Shown here one piece after another: positions 57,210 to 64,000 of a stretch of 64,000 nt of DNA (position 1 is its first letter; each line of letters begins with the position of its first letter). The position numbers and the translations under genes are program-made. The stretch is from an uncultured Bacilli bacterium. GTDB lineage: Bacteria; Bacillota_I; Bacilli_A; RF39; UBA660. The DNA lies in NCBI GenBank assembly GCA_910578855.1, contig CAJTRV010000004.1:5551-69550 (forward strand), in the 5' to 3' direction. The notes beneath the pieces were generated by a model, which did no database searches, was not told the DNA's origin, and saw only the letters and a program-made list of their open reading frames with translations.

Positions 57210-57704
57210 CAATTCAATATTATTTTCTAATAAAACGCTTTCTAATGTTTCATTTTCGTTTATAATATATAAGTTCTCATAATTTCTTTGCAAACAATCC
57301 TCATAGAATGGAACAAATACATTTCCCAAGCCACTAATAAAACTTTCATTATTACCTCGATTTATACACTTTCTCTTTACATCTTCCCAATTATTAATAT
57401 TAGGATATGCTATACTGTATTTAATATTATTTTTATCGAAATAATCGAAGTGTTCTGGTTTTAATTGAACTAAAACAACATCATATTCCTTTATAGCCAT
57501 TCGAATGGCTTTATAGTAATTCTTTGGCCATTCACTATTTACTTCTCTTTTCGTTCCTTTTCTTGCTTCAACAGGTACATTTTCAAGATTAGTATTAATA
57601 TATTTAAAATTACTCGATTCTAAATCAATTACATTCCTATATTTTTTACCCAAAATGCTTTTTCCACACGTTGCAAATCCTGCAATTATTATTCCCTTAG
57701 CCAT
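57195..57704 (-). CDS. P-loop NTPase/kinase-like protein (cassette 2 cargo)
   Basis: 169 aa with Walker A IIIAGFATCGKS. The C-terminal KEVK and stop are encoded by the repeated rbgA SD segment, and the TAA abuts the decoy ATG (TAAATG). Confidence 0.55.
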   Translation of the reverse strand: MAKGIIIAGFATCGKSILGKKYRNVIDLESSNFKYINTNLENVPVEARKGTKREVNSEWPKNYYKAIRMAIKEYDVVLVQLKPEHFDYFDKNNIKYSIAYPNINNWEDVKRKCINRGNNESFISGLGNVFVPFYEDCLQRNYENLYIINENETLESVLLENNIELKEVK

Positions 57705-57993
57705 TATTTACCTCTTGTCTATATAAATTTTCTAAAATTTTAGTTAAACAATCATCTGCAGTTAAATTACTATTTTCTGAAAATCTTATTCTAACTAATT
57801 TCCCATTGACTTTAAATATATATGGGTTCTTTTTCTTCATTACAAACGCTAATATTCTTTCATTACTAGGTTTTCTTCTATCTATTTTTATATCTGTTAT
57901 TTCATCCACATCTTCTAATTTTACATCGTCAAGATTTACATTTCTACATCTCTCTAATTTTTCTGCTAATTCTTTAATATTATGTTTATTCAT
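57697..57993 (-). CDS. Small DUF6870-like protein (cassette 2)
   Basis: The start is at MNKHNIKELAEK (ATG 57993). The first 143 nt match the cassette 1 paralog at 139 of 143 positions, and the C-terminal half is diverged. It overlaps the next gene by 8 nt. Confidence 0.5.
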   Translation of the reverse strand: MNKHNIKELAEKLERCRNVNLDDVKLEDVDEITDIKIDRRKPSNERILAFVMKKKNPYIFKVNGKLVRIRFSENSNLTADDCLTKILENLYRQEVNNG

Positions 57994-58056
57994 ATTATAC
58001 CTTCTTTCTATAATAATTTTATTATTTAGAAAGAAATAACACAAATGTGCAAAATA

Positions 58057-58899
58057 CTAGATATTATCTTTTTCTCCTAATAGTTTTATCTTTTCTGCAT
58101 TATTAAGTATATCAAGTTGATACTTAGCAATGCTACTTAATATTTCAAATCTTTCTTCTTTGCTTTTTCCTTCTTTAATTAGTTCTGCATTATGTGATTC
58201 TAAATTAGATAATACTGTTAATTCATTTATCGATGCATAATCTCTAACATTTGAGTTTTTTGCTAAATTCGGATTAAGTTCTCTCCATCTTTTAGCAGTT
58301 GTGTTAAATAAGGCAACATTTAAAATATCTGCTTCTTCTGCATACTTTAACCATTCTCTATCTTTATAATAATCATTATCAGGTAATATATAATTTTTAA
58401 TTGCATCTGTATGAATAAGATAATTATTTTTGGTTAAGATTCTTTTTATATCCCATTCCCTATTTTGATTTTCTAACTCTTTTAGTCTTTCAAATTCTTT
58501 TATCAAATATAGTTTAAAAACCGGACTAATAGAAGATGCAAATTCAAAAGCAATGTCTTTATGAGCATAAGTTCCACCATATTTTCCACGCTTCGAATAT
58601 ATCCCAATTGCATTTGTTTTACTACACCATTCTGTAACACTTAGTGTAAAAGTATGAAGTCCTGCCTCACTTTTAAACCCGTCGAATTCGACGGAATTAA
58701 AATTTGGATTGTAAATTGACTCCCAAGTACCTAAAAATTCTAAAGTAATTCTATTTCTTAACCAATTTCTGATAACATCATCTGATGTAGATTTTCCTTC
58801 TTTAAACTTGGTAAAATCAGAAATACAAATATAATCGCTATCATTTATATTTGTTATGTTCACTTTAATATTTTGAACTTCAATTATTTTGTTTGGCAT
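58057..58899 (-). CDS. KilA-N domain protein
   Basis: 280 aa. ICISDFTKFKEG...IRNWLRNRITLEFLGTWE...GGTYAHKDIAFEFASSISP has the KilA-N layout. Confidence 0.7.
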   Translation of the reverse strand: MPNKIIEVQNIKVNITNINDSDYICISDFTKFKEGKSTSDDVIRNWLRNRITLEFLGTWESIYNPNFNSVEFDGFKSEAGLHTFTLSVTEWCSKTNAIGIYSKRGKYGGTYAHKDIAFEFASSISPVFKLYLIKEFERLKELENQNREWDIKRILTKNNYLIHTDAIKNYILPDNDYYKDREWLKYAEEADILNVALFNTTAKRWRELNPNLAKNSNVRDYASINELTVLSNLESHNAELIKEGKSKEERFEILSSIAKYQLDILNNAEKIKLLGEKDNI

Positions 58900-59141
58900 A
58901 TATTCGCCTCTTTTCCATGTCCTTAAAATTCGTAATCACCTATCTAATTCTTATAATAAATAATACCAAAATTATTAGTTTTTATATTTTTAATTATTTT
59001 TTAATGAAAATATGCAAGATCTAATCTAGATAATTTTCTTTATTTATAAGGGTTTAATGGTATTCTTAATTAAATCGTAATCAGCCAGTTTATGTTTGCC
59101 TGATTTTGTCGATTTTCATTATTCATTTGTTTCACTTCCTT
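58900..59141 (-). repeat. Cassette-boundary repeat C, containing a decoy rbgA 5' end
   Basis: It is homologous to repeat B throughout. It contains SD, ATG (59126) and MNNENRQNQANINWLITI* (59070-59126), the core ccagtt at 59085-59090, and cgtaatc motifs at 58931 and 59076. Confidence 0.8.
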
Positions 59142-59147
59142 TATTAT

Positions 59148-59321
59148 TTAACATTGAGAATTTAAAAAATTTGCAATTTGTTCTAAATTTTTAAATATTT
59201 TTCCATCATTTCTTATAACTATTCCTCTTGCACCATATCTCATTCTAGGCTCATTCATTTCAATCATACTTTCGCCTAAATCTTCATCAGTTATTTTACA
59301 TATTAATTTCATTAATATCAT
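59148..59321 (-). pseudogene. Possible 5' fragment of a NUDIX-type hydrolase gene (57 codons)
   Basis: My translation is MILMKLICKITDEDLGESMIEMNEPRMRYGARGIVIRNDGKIFKNLEQIANFLNSQC*. The RxGARGIVIxxDGKI stretch resembles the strand preceding a Nudix box, but the box itself is absent. Confidence 0.25.
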
Positions 59322-59338
59322 CTCGCTTTCATTTTATA

Positions 59339-59863
59339 TTACAACTTGTATTCTTTTATCTCACAATTCTTCAATCCACGATTTAAAAACCAACCATCAT
59401 TAATGCCATCAAAATATGCACTAAAAGCTTTTGAAACACCACTATGTGCAACAATTAAAACACTTTTATAATTTTGAGTTTTAAGTTCATCTAAAAAATT
59501 ATATATTCTATCAAAAAAGTCTTTTATATTTTCAGAGGTTCCATATTGAATTGTTGTATTATAATTCCAATATTCATCACGATTAGTTATTTCAAGAGGT
59601 TTACCACTTAAATCTCCACAACTTCTTTCTTGAATTCTATCATCAATAATAATTTCATTATTATTAGCATTAATAATATTAGCTGTGTGTTTTGCCCTAA
59701 TTAAAGGTGAAGAAATTATAATATCAAAGTTTATATCTTTAATTTTGTCTCTTAATTCTTCTGCTTGACTTATTCCAAGTTCAGTTAAATCTTCATCTTT
59801 TGTATTATATTGTTTCAATGCATTATGAGGTACTTCACCATGTCTTACTATATATATTTTCAT
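59339..59863 (-). CDS. Histidine phosphatase family protein (phosphoglycerate-mutase-like)
   Basis: 174 aa with the RHG motif IYIVRHGEVPHN, plus SSPLIRAKHTA and VAHSG. Confidence 0.75.
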   Translation of the reverse strand: MKIYIVRHGEVPHNALKQYNTKDEDLTELGISQAEELRDKIKDINFDIIISSPLIRAKHTANIINANNNEIIIDDRIQERSCGDLSGKPLEITNRDEYWNYNTTIQYGTSENIKDFFDRIYNFLDELKTQNYKSVLIVAHSGVSKAFSAYFDGINDGWFLNRGLKNCEIKEYKL

Positions 59864-59989
59864 TTATTGACTCCTTTTTTATAGAATTTTTATAGTAACA
59901 TTTTATCATCGAGGATATATATTTATTTTATTATTGATACCATTATATTAAAATCATACTCATTTTTACTATTTTTATCTGTTTCTAAG

Positions 59990-61254
59990 GTTATATGATT
60001 ATTCTCTGTTTTTCCTTTAAAATAAAGCAAATCAGCTATTTTAAATTGTCGTGTCATTTCGCGTACACAAGCCAGGAAGTCAGGCCCATATGTTCTTTAT
60101 TTGAATCAACTCTATTATATATAATTTCTGCTGTTTGTTTTGATACAGCAAAATGCATTTTGTTTTGTACTTTTTTAAAAAATTCAATTGATATTGGAGA
60201 TTTAAAATCATAGTCAATACTTGTAGCATATATATCTGTTATTTTTTGATAAAATCGCCTTTCTGATAACCTTATTTCTCTAATTTCTTCTAATAATTTT
60301 TCAAAATAATCTTCTCCAAAAATATAATTTGGATTTTTTTATCTTTCGTCATCCATAACAGCATCATTAATTAGATATTCTTTTAAAACCTTTGTTGCCC
60401 ATATTTTAAATTCTGTTGCTTTTTTAGAATTGATCCTGTATCCAACTACAATAATTACATCTAAATTATATATTTTGGTTTTATATTTTTTACCATCAGA
60501 GGCAGTTATCGAGGATTCCTCGATAACTGAATCCTGATTTAATGCATTATCTTTAGAAATTGCAGATTTTTTTATTTCCTTTTCATATAAATCTCTAGCA
60601 CCTTTAGCAACTCCTCCGCCTCTTTTTGCTACATTTAAATTTTCTTTTAAACCTTGCGGATGTTCTTCTCTTGCAATATCTCGTGTTGCAATCTCTCCTA
60701 TATTTGTTCACTAGCTTTCATTCCAGACCACCCCTTATAGATTTCATTGGTTTGGTTATGCCTCCTTCTTTCCAAACATCTGTAAGTTTAAATCTATCTA
60801 CAACCCCCATTAGTCTTGCCTTAATCCATTCATCAGAGTACCCTTTATTACGATAATAATTTACTGCTCTATTTATTGCAATTTCAGGATCAAATACTTC
60901 ATCAATCCTCTCACTACCAAGACTCGCTAACCAAACTTTAAATGGTTCGGCCTTAGGGCTAGAAACTGATTCAATTAATCTTAATATTCCATTTGTATCT
61001 AAAGTATCAGTTATACGATTTTTACCATCCCGGGCCTCCATTTTCAACTGCACGATTTCTTCGTGCAGTTCACTTCCTTCATAAATTAATCTTCTTTTTA
61101 AACCGCTCCAATAATTTCTTGGGATTTTTGCTTCAGTTAATACACTTATTACATCAGCAACGCTAAAATAATACTCTTCTTTTTCACTATCCCAAATGCT
61201 TCTTATTTCTTTACCTTCAAATAAATTTGATATTGTTTCTAATTTGTTGTTCAA
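59990..61254 (-). pseudogene. Bro-N / RhuM-core chimeric gene, inactivated
   Basis: The N-terminal Bro-N-like ORF (TTG 61254 to 60718) reads FEGKEIRSIWDSEKEEYYFSVADVISVL. A frameshift near 60715 follows. The RhuM core then continues in another frame (YNLDVIIVVGYRINSKKATEFKIWATKVLKEYL). An in-frame TAA at 60339-60341 sits where the intact paralog has TTA (DER-L-KNPN). The 3' end is truncated near 60054. Confidence 0.7.
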
Positions 61255-61396
61255 ATATAACACCTCTTTTCTATGGTCTTAAATGCCGTAATCATCTTTC
61301 TAATTCTTAAATAAAAATATGGAAAATTTAAAATCGTACAACCTCCTTATTTATAGGGATTTACTTAAGAGTGCAATAAATCGTAATCAAACAGTT
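61255..61396 (-). repeat. Cassette-boundary repeat D, the outermost, degenerate copy with no rbgA decoy
   Basis: It shares with B and C the blocks cttaaatgccgtaatca, tttataggg/tttataaggg and aaatcgtaatcaaacagtt. Homology stops at acagtt (61391-61396). Beyond that a different short frame, MRQEKRIAKVIKKVFHQSELTV*, reads into the core. Confidence 0.6.
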
Positions 61397-61503
61397 AATT
61401 CTGACTGATGAAAAACTTTTTTGATTACTTTCGCTATTCTTTTTTCTTGTCTCATTTTTCCCTTTTGATATATATCCATATTTTTCACTTTCTTTTCAAT
61501 AGT

Positions 61504-62064
61504 TTAAAGTTTTTTACCCATTACAATGGGTCTATCATCATAAATATGAATTCTGTTATTTATATCACTAATTAATGCAACAAGTTTTCTAGGATTTTCT
61601 ACTCCTTCAAAACTCATTCCATTTTTTATTTGTTCAATTAAATTATTAGCATAAAAATTAAAAGATATATCTCCATAATTATTTTTTTCTCTTGCAATTC
61701 CAATATGTTCTATATCAGATATATTTTCTATCCTAAATCCATTTTTAGAATTATATAGAGCTATCCTTTTATTGGTAATAAAATATTCATTATTTTTCTT
61801 TTTATATTTTAAGAATATATTATAAACTAATCCATAAATTAAACAAATTGTTAATATGCCCAAAGTAAGAAAAATTATCAAAATTTCAAAATTTAGTATT
61901 TCCCCACTTTTTATACCTATTATAATTAATATCCAAAATAATAACAATACGGCAAAACCTAATAAAAATCTACCATATTGTTTACTAGTCTTACTAACGT
62001 TTGAAACACCATAGAATAATATTTTTTCATTCTCTTCCAATTTATTTATAAACTCATTTTTCAT
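61504..62064 (-). CDS. Membrane protein with bacterial PH-like (YdbT/bPH_2-type) domain
   Basis: 186 aa. EKILFYG is followed by two TM segments and then YFITNKRIALYN, as in bPH_2 proteins. Confidence 0.45.
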   Translation of the reverse strand: MKNEFINKLEENEKILFYGVSNVSKTSKQYGRFLLGFAVLLLFWILIIIGIKSGEILNFEILIIFLTLGILTICLIYGLVYNIFLKYKKKNNEYFITNKRIALYNSKNGFRIENISDIEHIGIAREKNNYGDISFNFYANNLIEQIKNGMSFEGVENPRKLVALISDINNRIHIYDDRPIVMGKKL

Positions 62065-62201
62065 TTATCTCTCTCCTTACAATTTATTAAATATAATACC
62101 ATTTAATAAAAGAGAATTCCTTTATTAAAATCATTCTAGTTTTATCCACTATAGATTCCTCATAAGATAACCATTTATTCATTTCGAAAATGCATTTATT
62201 T

Positions 62202-62840
62202 TTATTTAAAGATTACATATGGAATGCCCATTTTATGATAAACATCATAAGCTCGTGGCCACGAGAACATTCGGGCAATTAATAAATTATAAAGTTCATC
62301 AAACATGATGATAGAACACAATGTAATTGAAAGCATTAAAAATAATTTTTTATTCATCCGTTTCGCAAGAAAAAAACACATAGGAATTATGACATACATC
62401 AACAATAAACTAGATAACCCAAAGAACATAACACTTCTTAAACAAACAAAACCATGAATGTTTCCAAAGTTTAAAATTTCCGAATTATAATCCCAACAAC
62501 GCATTCCATTTCCAATGATATACATGCCCAAACCTGATATATATTCGAGAATCCCAGTTGCAAAAAAACTAATTAAAAATACCCAGAATGGTTTTTTTCG
62601 ATGCTTGTAAGTTAATAGATAAATCATAATTGAACCTGTCGCATATATATTAATCCATGGTAAGAAATTACCACCTCGCCAATAAAATTGTTTCATACCA
62701 CCATTAAAATAATAAAATATAAATTCATAGATCCAACCAAAAATTCCGGTGATAACGATTAACAGACAACAAATTCCTAGCATCGTCCATTTATCAAACG
62801 AATGATTATTTTCTATATAATGTTTATACCATTTCTTCAT
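62202..62840 (-). CDS. Polytopic membrane protein (possibly the putative ABC-transporter type IV / DUF1113 family)
   Basis: 212 aa with about 6 TM segments and an N-terminal GIFGWIYEFIFYYF. The family call is from memory. Confidence 0.4.
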   Translation of the reverse strand: MKKWYKHYIENNHSFDKWTMLGICCLLIVITGIFGWIYEFIFYYFNGGMKQFYWRGGNFLPWINIYATGSIMIYLLTYKHRKKPFWVFLISFFATGILEYISGLGMYIIGNGMRCWDYNSEILNFGNIHGFVCLRSVMFFGLSSLLLMYVIIPMCFFLAKRMNKKLFLMLSITLCSIIMFDELYNLLIARMFSWPRAYDVYHKMGIPYVIFK

Positions 62841-62896
62841 ACTACTAAACTCCTACCTCATTATATCGTAAACAAAATATTAACTTAACAATTGTC

Positions 62897-64000
62897 CTAC
62901 TTTCGTTCTTCCATTTTCAATATTTTTTGTTTTCCTTTTTCATAACTGCTATCTAACACTTGCTGCTGCTTTAATAACTGTTCTTGTTGAGCCATAACCG
63001 TTTCTTCTAACGATTGTAATTCCTCTAAAAATTGTTCCACTTCAGGACTTCGATCATAAGCGAACTGTCCCATAAACTCCATCTTTAACGATTGAAGTTG
63101 ATCAAGTGAATCAGCGCAAAAATCAATCGACATCATCAAAGCATCTTTCTCTGTTTTTAATTGTTTCATTATCTTTTTTAAATCAAAATAAGCAATATCC
63201 TCGTTTCGGTCTTTGACCATATTGCGCATACCGCGAATTCCATGGTTCGTAAGCAATATCCCAGTTAGTAAGCCAAAGGCATTCTTGCGACTCTTTAATA
63301 ACGTAAAAACCCCCAGACTAGCAAACATTGTATGTTTAATTAACGATCCTAATCGAAAGAGACGACCACGTTTTCTCTTATGTTGTGGCAGTTTCCAAAG
63401 ACTCGCCTGTAATGACTCAATCATAATCCGTTGTTTGGTAATTTCTTGACTCATTTTTTTCTTTTCCAGAGTAATATCGACCATTTTCTCTTTTTGTTTA
63501 TTCAATACTTGTTTCTCTTTTTCTTTTTTTACCACTTGCTGCTTCTGCTTCACTTGCAATTGGTGAGTTCGCTCTTGACACTTCTTCAATCTTGATGCAA
63601 AGATAAGATCGGATGTTAAAAAATGTTCCTTATCTATCTTTTTTAATGTCTTATCAGAGGCAAACTTTGAAAAACGATATTGCTTTCGCATCGATAATTC
63701 TGACATATGACAAGAAAATATTTTATCATAAAGATTCGATAATTGAAGCAGAACCATTCCTATTTCCTTGTCATCAATTGATCCAGTATATTTTGCAAGT
63801 TCCCGGTCAAATTCTTTTAGTTTTTCATGACTTTCTTCTAAATATTGAGCAAGTACCACGATCGCTGGATCTTTACCCTCACCGACTTTTTTTCGTTGTG
63901 GAGAAACCAAGACCATTTCCGTGGCTTCTGCTAGCGCTATTTCTTTTTGTTCTAATTGTTCACTTACCGCATCGATCGTATCAAGTGTTTCCTCAAGTTG
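62897..64000 (-). CDS. Coiled-coil protein with a central hydrophobic hairpin; the ORF is open at the right edge
   Basis: The track starts it at Met 63916, but the frame stays open to position 64000 (…QLEETLDTIDAVSEQLEQKEIALAEATEMVLV…). It is K/E/Q-rich, with a TM-like segment MFASLGVFTLL...LLTGILL. Confidence 0.5.
   Translation of the reverse strand, partial: QLEETLDTIDAVSEQLEQKEIALAEATEMVLVSPQRKKVGEGKDPAIVVLAQYLEESHEKLKEFDRELAKYTGSIDDKEIGMVLLQLSNLYDKIFSCHMSELSMRKQYRFSKFASDKTLKKIDKEHFLTSDLIFASRLKKCQERTHQLQVKQKQQVVKKEKEKQVLNKQKEKMVDITLEKKKMSQEITKQRIMIESLQASLWKLPQHKRKRGRLFRLGSLIKHTMFASLGVFTLLKSRKNAFGLLTGILLTNHGIRGMRNMVKDRNEDIAYFDLKKIMKQLKTEKDALMMSIDFCADSLDQLQSLKMEFMGQFAYDRSPEVEQFLEELQSLEETVMAQQEQLLKQQQVLDSSYEKGKQKILKMEERK

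Larger units (their letters stand above)
57153..59084 (-). mobile_element. Putative integrated cassette 2 (~1.93 kb): KilA-N gene, DUF6870-like gene, P-loop cargo
   Basis: It is bounded by the cores at 57153 and 59085 and by repeats B and C. Confidence 0.5.
59085..61390 (-). mobile_element. Putative integrated cassette 3 (~2.31 kb), decayed: Bro-N/RhuM pseudogene, histidine phosphatase, NUDIX-like fragment
   Basis: It is bounded by core ccagtt at 59085 and core variant acagtt at 61391. Confidence 0.45.

Noticed and set aside
55475-58039. Plus-strand ORFs 55475-55918, 56697-57044 and 57806-58039.
   Set aside because: They are antisense to cassette genes in very AT-rich DNA. They give Phe/Leu/Ile-rich nonsense translations, have no SD, and two of them are mirror images of the conserved DUF6870-like 5' halves.
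59995-60856. Plus-strand ORFs 59995-60213 and 60626-60856.
   Set aside because: They are antisense to the Bro-N/RhuM pseudogene. The minus-strand frames show clear homology to the intact RhuM gene at 55928-56953.
55928-61263. Prophage interpretation, because KilA-N, Bro-N and RhuM genes are present.
   Set aside because: There are no capsid, tail, terminase, portal, holin, replication or integrase genes. The units are only about 2 kb each and are bounded by the rbgA-derived repeats.
55070-61396. CRISPR array or simple tandem repeat explanation for the repeated boundaries.
   Set aside because: The repeat units are about 250 bp and are separated by about 2 kb of protein-coding DNA. There are no short regularly spaced repeats and no cas genes.

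Overview
This is a chromosomal segment from a low-GC, endospore-forming Firmicute. Evidence for the spore-former call: sspI, sigH, a spoVD-like PBP and YjcZ-like micro-ORFs. Almost every real gene is on the minus strand.

Left to right the window holds:
- the 5' end of dnaE and a kinase-like orphan;
- a hybrid histidine kinase with an HPt-receiver partner, then a divergent adenylate-forming enzyme;
- a compact dcw cluster (mraZ-rsmH-ftsL-pbpB-[NodB deacetylase]-spoVD-like-mraY-ftsW) with phased MraZ boxes;
- two unannotated Cys-rich micro-ORFs;
- prsA, truB, cysS and cysK;
- a tRNA(CAU)/tRNA-Leu(UAG) pair followed by an AT-rich accessory patch (IS256 transposase relic, FAD oxidoreductase, WYL regulator plus SIS-like protein, FkbM methyltransferase);
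- a cell-wall hydrolase/LysM cluster and two large uncharacterised envelope proteins;
- a pfkB kinase, ppdK, a Xer recombinase, a ytxH-type operon, trmB, lemA-DUF2207, sspI and PFOR;
- sigH-rlmB-mrnC-rbgA.

The most unusual structure lies at about 55.07-61.40 kb. Three tandem cassettes of about 2 kb sit directly on the 5' end of rbgA. Each is bounded by a conserved repeat of about 250 bp. Two of these repeats end in a decoy copy of the rbgA Shine-Dalgarno sequence plus its first 14 codons, and homology breaks at a shared AACTGG core. Two of the three cassettes carry a phage-type DNA-binding gene (RhuM, KilA-N), a small DUF6870-like gene and variable cargo. The third carries a decayed Bro-N/RhuM chimera and cargo only. 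No recombinase is visible in or beside the array. I read it as a recombinase-less, integron-like or tandem-accretion cassette hotspot, but that is inference from sequence alone. No CRISPR array or rRNA was seen.
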